Notes under the pieces: generated by a model
The model's database searches: none
Told to the model about the DNA's origin: nothing
The model's input: the letters and a program-made list of their open reading frames with translations, nothing else
Shown: piece by piece, positions 1 through 16,129 of the stretch
Position numbering within the stretch: position 1 is the stretch's first letter
Layout of the letters: every line of letters starts with the position of its first letter
Origin: the human T2T-CHM13v2.0 reference genome, Homo sapiens
Assembly: GCF_009914755.1 (NCBI RefSeq)
Contig: NC_060934.1
Reading direction: 5' to 3' (one strand)
DNA length: 64,000 nt
Program-made: the position numbers and the translations under genes

Positions 1-190
1 TTACAATGTATTTTTAAAAGAAAATACCATGGCAATTTTATTTTGACTATTACAAATATTTCCTTTCCTTTTGTTTATTTTTCTTTCCTTACTACATCGC
101 TTAACATCCCATACAACATAGAACAGAAATGGGAGTAATGGCCATTCTTACCTATTTCCATTTCAAGCATAGCTTTCAACATTTCGCCAT
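1..190 (-). mobile_element. Old L1M ORF2 fragment, interrupted by the young L1; continues at 6232-6850
   Basis: Diverged antisense L1 ORF2 sequence (agctttcaacatttcgccat...) that resumes right after the 3' TSD (aagttttcttctatttctgg...ggatttttgcacagatgttcataagagagattg). Confidence 0.7.
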
Positions 191-299
191 AAAATACAGT
201 GCTTTCGAGCCTGAGCGACGCAGAAGACGGGTGATTTCTGCATTTCCATCTGAGGTACCGGGTTCATCTCACTAGGGAGTGCCAGACAGTGGGTGCAGG

Positions 300-599
300 T
301 CAGTGGGTGCGCGCACCGTGCACGACCCGAAGCAGGGCGAGGCATTGCCTCACTTGGGAAGCGCAAGGGGTCAGGGAGTTCCCTGTCCTAATCAAAGAAA
401 GGGGTGATGGACGGCACCTGGTCACTCCCACCCGAATACTGCGCTTTTCCGACGGGCTTAAAAAACTGCGCACAACAAGATTATATCCCGCACCTGGCTC
501 AGAGGGTCCTACGTGCACGGAGTCTCGCTGATTGCTAGCACAGCAGTCTGAGATCAAACTGCAAGGCGGCAGCGAAGCTGGGGGAGGGGCGCCCACCAT
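300..599 (-). CDS. L1 ORF0 (antisense), open, 99 aa
   Basis: ATG at 599; MVGAPPPASLPPCSLISDCCASNQRDSV... is the ORF0 N-terminus, within ORF track 300..668. Confidence 0.8.
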   Translation of the reverse strand: MVGAPPPASLPPCSLISDCCASNQRDSVHVGPSEPGAGYNLVVRSFLSPSEKRSIRVGVTRCRPSPLSLIRTGNSLTPCASQVRQCLALLRVVHGARTH

Positions 600-1050
600 T
601 GCCCAGGCTTGCTTAGGTAAACAAAGCAGCCGAGAAGCTCGAACTGGGTGGAGCCCACCACAGCTCAAGGAGGCCTGCCTGCCTCTGTAGGCTCCACCTC
701 TGGGCGCAGGGCACAGACAAACAAAAAGACAGTAGTAACCTCTGCAGACTTAAATGTCCCTGTCTGACAGCTTTGAAGAGAGCAGTGGTTCTCCCAGTAC
801 CCAGCTGGAGATCTGAGAACGGGCAGACTGCCTCCTCAAGTGGGTCCCTGACCCCTGATCCCTGAGCAGCCTAACTGGGAGGCACCCCCCAGCAGGGGCA
901 CACTGACACCTCACACTGCAGGGTACTCCAACAGACCTGCAGCTGAGGGTCCTGTTAGAAGGAAAACTAACAAACAGAAAGGACATCCACACCAAAAACC
1001 TATCTGTACATCACCATCATCAAAGACCAAAAGTAGATAAAACCACAAAG

Positions 1051-2067
1051 ATGGGGAAAAAACAGAACAGAAAAACTGGAAACTCTAAAAAGCAGAGCGC
1101 CTCTCCTCCTCCAAAGGAACGCAGCTCCTCACCAGCAACGGAACAAAGCTGGGCGGAGAATGACTTTGACGAGCTGAGAGAAGAAGGCTTCAGACGATCA
1201 AATTACTCTGAGCTACGGGAGGACATTCAAACCAAAGGCAAAGAAGTTTAAAACTTTGAAAAAAATTTCGAAGAATGTATAACTAGAATAACCAATACAG
1301 AGAAGTGCTTAAAGGAGCTGATGGAGCTGAAAACCAAGGCTCGAGAACTACGTGAAGAATGCAGAAGCCTCAGGAGCCGATGCGATCAACTGGAAGAAAG
1401 GGTATCAGCAATGGAAGATGAAATGAATGAAATGAAGCGAGAAGGGAAGTTTAGAGAAAAAAGAATAAAAAGAAACGAGCAAAGCCTCCAAGAAATATGG
1501 GACTATGTGAAAAGACCAAATCTACGTCTGATTGGTGTACCTGAAAGTGATGGGGAGAATGGAACCAAGTTGGAAAACACTCTGCAGGATATTATCCAGG
1601 AGAACTTCCCCAATCTAGCAAGGCAGGCCAACGTTCAGATTCAGGAAATACAGAGAACGCCACAAAGATACTCCTCGAGAAGAGCAACTCCAAGACACAT
1701 AATTGTCAGATTCACCAAAGTTGAAATGAAGGAAAAAATGTTAAGGGCAGCCAGAGAGAAAGGTCGGGTTACCCTCAAAGGGAAGCCCATCAGACTAACA
1801 GTGGATCTCTCGGCAGAAACCCTACAAGCCAGAAGAGAGTGGGGGCCAATATTCAACATTCTTAAAGAAAAGAATTTTCAACCCAGAATTTCATATCCAG
1901 CCAAACTAAGCTTCATAAGTGAAGGAGAAATAAAATACTTTACAGATAAGCAAATGCTGAGATATTTTGTCACCACCAGGCCTGCCCTAAAAGAGCTCCT
2001 GAAGGAAGCACTAAACATGGAAAGGAACCACCGGTACCAGCCGCTGCAAAATCATGCCAAAATGTAA
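1051..2067 (+). pseudogene. L1 ORF1p with one nonsense codon (TAA at 1249-1251)
   Basis: MGKKQNRKTGNSK...HAKM in a single frame, with GAA>TAA. Confidence 0.95.
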
Positions 2068-2115
2068 AGATCATCGAGACTAGGAAGAAACTGCATCAAC
2101 TAACGAGCAAAATAA

Positions 2116-5958
<3,843 letters not shown>

Positions 5959-6231
5959 ACAATGAGATCACATGGACACAGGAAGGGGAACATCACACTC
6001 TGGGGACTGTTGTGGGGTGGGGGGAGGGGGGAGGGAGAGCATTGGGAGATATACCTAATGCTAGATGACGAGTTAGTGGGTGCAGCGCACCAGCATGGCA
6101 CATGTATACGTATGTAACTAACCTGCACAATGTGCACATGTACCCTAAAACTTAAAGTATAATAATAATTAAAAAAAATAAACAACATAAAAATAAATAC
6201 AAGTTTCTTTAAAAAAAAATACAGTGCTTTC

Positions 6232-6850
6232 TTTGGATTTTATGTAGATATGTAATTTTATATTAAGAAAGTTTTCTTCTATTTCTGGTACTGTAAGTAA
6301 CATTTTTCATTAAAAATAGATATTTAATATTATCAACTAAGTTTGGCAACTATTAAGATTATTACATGATTTTTCTCCTTCATCTGCTAATGTGTATTAT
6401 GTTAATTGACTTTCAAATACTAGAACAACTTAGCATTTGTGAGTTAAATTAAGCTTGGTCATGATGTCTATACTGGTTTTGAACTGGTGCACTAATTTTG
6501 CTGATAATTTGTTTAGGATTTTTGCACAGATGTTCATAAGAGAGATTGATCTGCTTTCTCTGGTGGCCAAATAAATACTTTCTAAAAATTTCTTTGTGCT
6601 ACATTCTTGGATTCCTTGTTTTTCTCATTCTGTAATGTACTTTTAAATATATGTATGCTGAGCTTTAAGTGATATTCTAAATATATGTTTCCCATTTGAT
6701 AAGTAATTTGATAAGTAATTTGACTGGGATTAAATCCTAGATTTGAAGTAATTTTCTATCAAAACTTCAAACACATTGCTTTACAGGCTTTCAGCTTTTA
6801 ATGCCGTTGCTGAGGTATAGGATGCTAATTTTGTTATTCTTTGGAATCTT
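6232..6850 (-). mobile_element. Old L1M fragments
   Basis: Diverged antisense L1 ORF2/ORF1-like sequence. Confidence 0.65.
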
Positions 6851-7157
6851 GGCTATTCAAGAAAGCAGGGCAGTGTTTACATCTAGGGAGTTGTAATATT
6901 TTGCCAAATGAAAACCTCACATGTTTGTAGGACTTCTCTTCCTTTTGAGTAGGATTGGTAGTGTGTTTGGGAAGAGTACACAGAAAGCATTAAATGTATC
7001 TGAAATTATTACTTATACTCAAAAAATTATCTGAGGCAAAAGTAGCAATATACTATGTTTAATATAGTTTGTATTGTTCTCTGAAATATGCTGTATATAA
7101 TACACAAATACATGCAAATACATGTTTGTGTGTGTGTATGTCATATCTTGATGACAG

Positions 7158-8280
7158 AAAAACATGCATTTTTTGTAGATTTATGTTTTGAAATACAATT
7201 ATATCATTTTGCAAGGTTTTGTTAAAGTCTACATAAATATGATTAGGAACATATACAAAATAAATAATTTTAGGAGACATTGCCAATCAGAGCATGAATG
7301 TGTTGTTGATACGGGATAAGTTAAATGAAATGAAAGAGTTGATACAGTTACTGTAAAAGGCTAATATGCCAAAATATGTTTATATACAATATATTTTCTA
7401 GAATTCATTAATGTTTAAAATCTTATTATAAATATATTCATTTATCCAGTGTACAATTTTATTAATACAGTGAATATATTTGGTAAAACAATTTTCACAA
7501 GCAATGTGTTCTCTTGGATTTCTTCTTCTTTTATTATCATAGATAAATGACAGAGTAATGAAAATTGTATAATCATGAATACACTGAGAAAGCTTTCTTT
7601 ATTACTTAGCTTTTGGTTTACCAACTATTACATTGCTGTGCAACTACAGGCAATCTGAATTTGACCTATTCTTTTTTTTTTCTTTATTTGAGTCGGAGTT
7701 TCGCTCTGTCGCCCAGGCTGGAGTACAGTGGCACAATCTCGGCTCACTTCAAGCTCTGCCTCTCAGGTTTTAGTGATTATCCTGCCTCAGCCTCCTAAGT
7801 AGCTGGGATTACAGGCGTGCACCACCACATCCGGCTAATTTTTTTGTATTTTTAGTAGAGACGAGGTTTCAGCATGTTGGTCAGGCTGGTCTCGACCTCC
7901 TGACCTGATGATCAACCTGCCTCGGCTTCCCAAAGTGCTGGGATTACAGGCATGAGCCACCGCGCCATCACAACCTATTCTTCTTGAACATGTTAGTGAA
8001 AAGTTATCTATTATTCACATAAAATATAACAACAAAGAGATGTGCCACTACATTTAGCTGTGTTTGAGAAATGTTCAGTTTAGCAAGTGGTCAAGTTTCC
8101 CAGCTATTATTTTACCATTGGAAAAAAATACATATGTCTCTTCTTTTGTAGTTGTAATAATCTATGTTGGTTTTCCATACAATCTTTTACTTGATTAACC
8201 TACAGAGCTTTTTTACTACTTATCTTGCCATCTAGACTTTATCTTTTTAGATTTCTTACATTTCCTATTTATTAGTACAG
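7158..8280 (+). pseudogene. RNF213-like exon remnants, 5' group (7158-7215, 7274-~7375, 7543-7649, 8152-~8280)
   Basis: AG-preceded segments translating EKHAFFVDLCFEI; GDIANQSMNVLLIRDKLNEMKELIQLL; ENCIIMNTLRKLSLLLSFWFTNYYIAVQLQ; CNNLCWFSIQSFT*LTYRAFLLLILP. Confidence 0.5.
7672..7970 (-). mobile_element. AluS
   Basis: Full dimeric Alu with poly-T at left; TSD acctattctt at 7664 and 7973. Confidence 0.95.
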
Positions 8281-8484
8281 GAGTTCTGAAGCTGCAGTGT
8301 AATCTCTTTCATCTGTTATTATTTTTCTAATTATATGTGTTTTACATAAGATATTAGATAAATATTTGAAAACTAAATAGGTAAGTTCTAAATATTATCA
8401 GTGCCCAGACATTATAATTAATACTTGGAATGCTTGCTTTTCAGTTTTATCAATGTGTAAACTCTTTTTAAGTTGGACAGGAAT

Positions 8485-8781
<297 letters not shown>

Positions 8782-9049
8782 AAGTTAAACAGGAATTATA
8801 TGATCTCATATGTCTTTTAAAATGTATTGTAAAAGTACAGATAAAGCTAAGGTCTTCTAGATATCAAAATGCAAGGCTTTCTTCAGATTTACAAACAAGT
8901 ATCAGAGGATAAGCAGCAAAACAAAATGAAAGCCCTATACTAAATTATTTCTACACATAGAAAGCCTCCATTTATTATTTATGTTTGTGATTTTATACTC
9001 TAATGTATCACTATTTAAATTATAGCTGTATTTTATGTATTGATAATTG

Positions 9050-9915
9050 TTGGTTATCAGCCTTTGTTCTTTTATTCAAAAGTATCTTAATTATTTCATA
9101 TTACCAACAAATTTTAGAATCAGCTTGTAAATACCACACAAATTTATTTTAGGATTTTTATGGCAATCGTGCTGAAGGTATGAAAGAATTTGGGAATGAT
9201 TGGAGCTTTTTGCAATATAAAGACTTTACATCCATTAACATGGTATGTATCACCATTTATTGAAAATTCCTTTCATTAAATGACAGATATGCAGCTATTT
9301 TCATTTTTCCTTGTAAAAATAATTTCTATCCCTAATGCTATTTATTCTACACCAATATTTGCCATTATTGATGTACTAGCAGCTCATATTTCAAGAAACA
9401 TTGTTTTGCCTGAGATTAATATCCATTATGCCTATATGTAAGACGTTGGTGCTGAATGAACATGACTTTAAAAAAATAGATTGTTTCTGGAGCAGTTTTA
9501 GATTAACGGCAAAAAATCAGAAGACAAAGAGATTTCCCATACTGTTATTTTTTGTTTTACTCACAATATTTGTATTAGTAAAACACACCATTTGAATGTA
9601 GCTAAACGGTGTTATTATTAGGCAAAAATGAAATCATCATTTATGCCTCCCACATTATCAACATCCCCAACCAAAGTGGTGCATTTCTTGCAACTGATGA
9701 AGCTACAAAGACACATCATTATCACCAAAGGCCATAGCCGACCTTATGGTTCACTCTCGGTGTTGTACATTCCATGGGTTTGGTTAAACTTATAATGGCA
9801 TATATCCACCATTGTTGTATTATACAGAATGGTTTCACTGCCCTAAAAATCCTCTGGGCTCTGCCTATTCTTCCTTTGTTACCTCTGCACCCGCCCCCTC
9901 CTGCCCCATCCCCCT
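9050..9915 (-). mobile_element. Old L1M and L1MC 3'-end fragments
   Basis: L1MC-type 3' sequence (gagcagttttagatt...ggttcactctcggtgttgtacattccatggg...ccctaaaaatcctctg). Confidence 0.75.
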
Positions 9916-10174
9916 GGCCAGAGGAAGACATTTTTAAAGAGTGAAACCTACAGCTATTAAATAATCAGTTTTTCTTTCAGGTGTTAGCTTTGACAGAGTC
10001 ATAAAATGTATATTTAAATTCCAGAATTTTTAAAGAAAATAATCATATTATCATACAATCCTAAAGAAGCACTGATAATAATGAGTAAAAATACACTCTA
10101 TTTTCCATTATATGTTGACTTTTTTGGGAATTTTTGCATTTAATGCTAACAAGCACTATATAATTTATAGAGTA

Positions 10175-10430
10175 TGGAACACTGAGGTAGAAACATATTA
10201 ATTTGGCTTGCTACTTAAAGTTAGGTCCAAAGCCCACAGCCTGAGCTCCTTAAGAATACAGAATCCCAGGCCCCATCCCAGATCTCTTAGACCCAAATTT
10301 ACATTTCAGCAAAGTTTAGCCTTGTGATTCACTTGCACATTACATTTTGAAAGGCATTTTTCAATGTTACAAAGTTAGTATGGTCTGTGCCTAGGGTGTG
10401 GACAGAAAATATTCTGACTCTTTGCCCTCT
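10175..10430. mobile_element. MIR interrupted by a MER5-family hAT element
   Basis: MER5-like cagaatcccaggccccatcccaga...cacattacattttga flanked by MIR core pieces. Confidence 0.55.
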
Positions 10431-10459
10431 TCCTTTCCTATCTTACTTCACCAATCTCC

Positions 10460-10720
10460 TTTGTAGATAATCTGGCAAATATTCTCTACCTTTTATTTAA
10501 CCCCTCCAGTATTAGGGAAGCAGACTTTTTTCACCAGAAAACATCTCATTTTTGACCAGCTACAATAATTGTTATTTTATGGAACAGAAAATTAACTTTT
10601 TAATGACTTCTCAATATTTTTTATTGCTTGTTCTACAGAGAAAAAATAAACAATCTCTTCAATATGACAGTCCTGTAAATATTTGGAGACATTTTTGATA
10701 TTATGATTCATTTTATCCTG
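10460..10720 (-). mobile_element. L3/CR1 3' fragment
   Basis: Minus-strand KYLQDCHIEEIVYFFSV resembles the CR1 ORF2 C-terminus (KYLKGCH.EEG..LFS), followed by a CR1-like 3' end. Confidence 0.6.
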
Positions 10721-12932
10721 ATAGCCAATTTCTTTAACATATTCCCAATGGTTTAAGTATTTTTTATTATGGCAGCCTTTCCTTACATGCATTCTACCTT
10801 TGTCGTTGAATAACGTCAAAATGTCATACATTTAGTAATTAATTCAAGATACTTTTGCTGAGAATCTATTATGTGCCTGTGCTAGATGTTAGAGATAGAA
10901 TAAGGGGCAAGATCTGCATGTCCCAGCCTTCATGAACATTGGGAACTGAACCTAATAAACTAGATTGAGACCTTGGCTCCATACTACTGTTATTTCTCTT
11001 GCTCTGACTCATACTTGTGTTAATGAAGACAGGCTTTGTTTATGTGAGGAGGTGGGGAATAGGGGAGCACTTTGTGACAATAGGTAGATCTCCATCATTC
11101 AATTCTGAGAGTATTTTTTGACATTTTCACGACCACTAGTCTACAAAAATGAATAAGTGAAATTTGTACATGCAGTAATAACAGTGTATTGTAAAAAATA
11201 TTTTACAATTAAAAAATGCTATATATAATATCATTTAAACTAGCAGAATATTGAAGAGTGGCATAAAAAAAATGTGGAAGATAAACTCCATAGAAATTGA
11301 TGTACGGAAAAAAATAAATAATTCAAACAGCTCAGAATTGGTTATTACTGATCCTATGTTCTGAATCCTAATTGAAGTCTATTTCTCCCTCTACTATGCT
11401 GTCATTTTTGAAAGAATAACACCAGTGATTATTGTTTATTTTCTCTTTTCTTGAAGTTCCTTTTGTTTTTATTTAGTTTTTTGTTTTGCTCATAATATTT
11501 ATATTAGTAATATATTCAATTTGAATGTAGGTAAACAGTGTTATTATTAAGCAAAATAAAATAATCACTCATTCAACCTGCTGAGAGAGAACTGACAGTG
11601 ATTTTGTCTGCCAGTTGTATTAACAGGAACTTAGATTCTTTGACGTAGCATTAGAAATTCCAAAAATCTCCACAGATCTAATTTTAGCTATTATCATTAA
11701 AATGCTATAGTGGCTTTTACAAGACTACCAGATACATTTTCATAATTAGGCTTTAATCTATTCACAAGTCTTACACTTATCTATAATTTTAGCAAACAAT
11801 CAAATGATTTATGCAATGACAAGATGAAAAATGGTTTAATGCCATTCTATTCAACATTTGAACTCATGAATGGACAAGTGTATTTAAAAGAATGATGTGA
11901 ACCTTTTCATATGAGGTATTTAACATTTATTAGTTTTCTTGTTTTTGAGAATTAAGACAGATTCATTTGCAGCAATAACATTATACATTCTTATGTTTAC
12001 ATCATTAAAGATAAATAAGTGCATGATTTTGAGGAAATGAAAAACAGATTTTTGAAAAGTACTTGATTTAGTAAAATTATCACAACTACAATCACATCAA
12101 TCAATGACATAAGAAGTTAAATAAATGTGTAAAGTAAATGGATAGCTTATAGAGTACTTACTACTTTCTGACTCTAAGATGTAATTAATAAGCAATGACA
12201 TAAAGAAGGTATAATTTGCTTAATGGATTAAAAAGTCTGTCAATTTTTTTTACACAGGAGCTAACCATACACGTTATATTATCTCTAATTTGGTTACTTT
12301 TTTCAGGATTTTAAGTTTATTTTAGAATTAATATGTTATGATTAAATAGACGTGTTTTAGACATAAGCTATCTTTGGAAAATGCTAACAATCATCATTTT
12401 TATCAGTGATTGAATTAGCACTATTTTGCATTCTTTTACTATTGCATTATGTGTATTGTATGTACCTGGATGGGTTATTGAATAGGCCGAACCCAGTGGG
12501 ATTACAAAATGAAAATTACTTTTTTTTAATCAACAACCACTTTTAATCAAAATGATGCTGAGTAATATAGAATGTTTCTTTCTGATTAGGTGATCCAGTA
12601 GAGAAGAAGAGAGATTTCCGTAGGAAAGAAACTCAGTATGTCAATAAAAGAAGAGTTTGCAGCAGCAATGTTGTCACTACACAGTAAGCATTAAGTAAAT
12701 TTGAGATTCTTTTCTCATAAATATTATTGAAGCAACTATCAAGCTAATAAACTGTTTCTAAGTACTGGAATATTCTATACAAGATAGTGATTATTATAAT
12801 GACAGGCTTTCAAATCCCAACTAAATTGCTTCCCAGATATGTGACATTACTATTTTGTATAGGGCTATTTTCTTGGGACCTCAGTTTTATTATTTTAAAT
12901 GGTTATAATGAGAATACTTACCAAAAACATGC

Positions 12933-13559
12933 CATTCACTTAACATAACAATGTCCAGTTCCATCCATGTTGCTTCAAATGACAAAATTTTATTATTTCT
13001 TATGTCCAAGTAGTATTCCATTGTGTATATATACCACATTTTCTTTATCTATTCATTCACTGATGTGCACTTAGGTTATTCCACATCTTTACTACCGTGA
13101 ATAGTACTACAGAAAACAAGAAGCACGAGTATTTGTTTGATAAGTCAGGCACAGAAAGACAAATACCACATGTTGTTACTCTTATATGGGAGCTAAAAAA
13201 GTTTATTTCTTGGAGGTAGAAAGAAGAATGATAGTTATAAGGCTGAAAATGGTATGTAGGAGTGGGGAGTAAAGAGAAGTTGGTTAATAGGTGCAAAAAT
13301 ACAGGTAGATAGAAGCAATAAGTTTAGATATTTGACAGCAGAGTAGGGTGACTATAGCTAATAACAATGTAGTGTATATTTTAAAATAGCTAGAAGAGAG
13401 GATTTGAAATGATAAAATACATAGAAATGATAAATACTCAAGGTTATTGATATTCTGAATACCCTGATTGATCATTACAGATATTATGCATGCAACAAAG
13501 TGTCACCTGTATCCCACAATTAATACAAATACTATGCATCAGTAAAATGTTTTTAAAAT
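12933..13559 (+). mobile_element. L1MA 3' element with 5' inversion, inserted in a MIR
   Basis: Antisense part 12933-13140 joined to sense part 13141-13559; TSD aaaa(c/g)atgcc at 12923 and 13560. Confidence 0.85.
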
Positions 13560-14413
13560 AAAAGATGCCCTAAGGATTAAATGCAATCAATATTTTCTGT
13601 TATCAGCCCTCTCAATTCTCTATTTTTAACAGAAAAATTTATCCTAAAAATACTGCTTTACTTATAATACTCTCAAGAGCTGACTTTCATTCTGCAATCT
13701 CTATTTGGAACTAGAAGTTTTAGCCAGGTTTTGTTTGATTTTCCCATATACCTTCAATATAATATTTTATATTTTTATTTTTGACATTTTCTACTCCTAT
13801 AAAACATATACTACCTTTGGATAGTATCTTATTCTCATTCTTACAGCCATGCTAATGTTAACATCTATGTTTCTCATAGACTTGGAATCTGGACTGCCAT
13901 CGTACAATCTCTGATGTCTTCTGACAACCAAATAGGTGACCCTTATTCCTGTGGCGTTTGTTAGTAGATCCAACTACTTTAGCGATGGATACTGGTTGTC
14001 ACATTTTTGCTCTTGCTAGCATGAATTATCTTACCTCCAAAATCTTTAACATGAGATTCTACACTATGGAAGAAATTTTGTTTTATTTCTCCTTCATGGC
14101 CTCTCCTAGTATACCTATTTTCAAACGCATTATGACTTCTAGTCTATGGATGAGAAATATTTCTTATGAACTGAATTTCTTGTGAACTGAATTCATGTTG
14201 CTCTTCAGAGAATGGAGTGGATGGTGCAGATGTAATTGAATTGGTCAAGTTAGATTGAAAAAATCAACTTTACAAATGAACCTAGGTAAAACAAATTATT
14301 TTAATCTTACAGCATGAAGTCAAAGGTGATCAAATTTTTGCTAAAAATTTAGAATTATATATTTTTGAAGGAAAAAATGTTCAGTCACAACATGTACTAA
14401 AGCAAGTCAAATA

Positions 14414-14857
14414 CAGTTGATCCCTGAACAGCACAGGTTTGAACTACATTGGTCTACTTAAATGTGGATTTTCTTCTGCCTCTGCCACCCCTGAGACAAC
14501 AAGACCATCCCCTCCTCTTCTCTCTCTTCTTCTGCCTACTCAATTTGAAGACAATGAGGATGAAGTCCTGTATCATGATCTGCTTCCACGTAATGAATAG
14601 TAAACGTATTTTCTCCCTTATGACTTTTCATAACATTTTCTCTTCTCTAGCTTACTATATTGTAAGAATATAGTATATAATACATATAACATACAAAATA
14701 TGTGTTAATTGACTGTCTATGTTATTGGTAAAGTTTTTGGTACAGTAGGCTATTTGTAGTTAGGGTTTGGGGGAGTAGGAATTATGTATAGATTTTCTAC
14801 TACACAGGGTGTGGGGGGTCAGCACCCCTAACTCCCACATTGTTCAAATGTCAACTA
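14414..14857. mobile_element. Tigger2a DNA transposon
   Basis: TA|cagttgatccctgaac ... gttcaaatgtcaact terminal inverted repeats; internal sequence matches Tigger2a. Confidence 0.9.
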
Positions 14858-15958
14858 TGGTGAAAATAAAGTTAAGGCCTTCCAAACGCCTGATTTTACA
14901 ATTGTGAAAGCAAGTCCACAGTGTTGAGAAAGACTTCATGAAGAGGTAGAGACATTCTCTGGAATATCTGCTTAAAATATCTCAAACTGTTACTTTTGAG
15001 ATTTTCATAACTAAAAAAGCATACTTACATACAGTTAAATGTTTACATAATGAAGCAAATAATGTCCAGTGAAATTTTTCAAAGGGGCTGTAACACAGAG
15101 ACCTCAATTCATGAAAATGCTAGCTGAAATCAGATTTGTCCTCTCAAGACCAGGTCTTAGAAGTTTATTGAATGACAGTTAAGCTAAAGTATGATCAATC
15201 ATCATTTTCTAGGGTAAAAAATGTTTACATTATAAATATATATGATTAGTTCTAAGCACAAAGGAGGAATAACTTAATTGCTCCAAATATTCATTAACAT
15301 ACAAAACTAACAATTTAAATAATGCTTCATATTAATAGGCAATACTGCCAGCAAGAGTATAACACATTGAGAATATGTACATTATCCTACATTGAAACTT
15401 CTGTTTGTCATTAAGTTCAGGTACCTTTAATTATGTGTTATTGGTTAGAGCAGTAGGAAGAATGATACTCTATAAAAATTGATATGCATAGCTATAAATT
15501 ATTTTAAATGTTATTATGTAAGTGTGATGTTACTCTAATTGGAAGAAAAGGGGGAAACACATCTCAGGAGCATTCTAACATGCAGAAAATTTTGGTAAAT
15601 TCTTTGTTGCAATACCTGAGTGAAGTAACTGATTTTTAAAATTATGCTAAAAGAAGACGTTATCTCACAAATATCTCTACAATAAATTGCATTTATGCTT
15701 AGCTGGAAGTTTTGAATTTTATTTTATATCTCTAGAATTAACTTAGTTTTCAATGTTAACCATATTTCACAGAATTATCTCTGAGTTAACTTTATAAAAA
15801 TAATTATATATTTGTCTAAAATATTTTTTCGATTTTTAAAATTCTATTTCTAAACCAACTTTGTGTTCCTCCAACCCATCTGACCACCTCTCCTCTTTCA
15901 GCAGTTTGAAGAGTTTGAAATGAAAATTTTCAATTTTTAATCTAATTTCCATGCACGC

Positions 15959-15983
15959 ACACACACACACACACACACACACA
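15959..15983. repeat. (CA)n microsatellite
   Basis: Directly visible. Confidence 0.95.
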
Positions 15984-16129
15984 TCTATGGACCCCAGTGT
16001 GGTCTGGAATCACTATTGATCATCCTTCTTGTCCTTATGTGCATAACTCTCAGCTGCTTCTTCATCCTGAAGAGAATACTAAAGGGAGCTTCCCTGATGC
16101 AAAAAGATTCTGTAATTTGAACAGTTACA

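Larger units (their letters stand above)
11793..15785 (+). pseudogene. RNF213-like exon remnants, group 2 (11793-11915, 12307-?, 12590-12683, 13847-13935, 14209-14285, 14371-14413+14858-14945, 15085-15188, 15339-15420, 15523-15624, 15703-~15785)
   Basis: AG/GT boundaries with several phase-matched joins, e.g. AVTQRPQFMKMLAEIRFVLSRPGLRSLL and CDVTLIGRKGGNTSQEHSNMQKILVNSLLQYLSE|LEVLNFILYL*. Confidence 0.6.

Noticed and set aside
10592-10831. 79-aa minus-strand ORF as a novel gene
   Set aside because: Partly a CR1/L3 ORF2 remnant, with no other support.
11244-11340. Possible extra pseudo-exon (QNIEEWHKK.. or RILKSGIKKMWK..)
   Set aside because: Frame and donor site are ambiguous and there is no motif match, so it is not counted.
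11793-11915. In-frame TGAs read as selenocysteine or programmed readthrough
   Set aside because: TAA/TAG stops and frameshifts occur in neighbouring exons; CpG decay is the simpler explanation.
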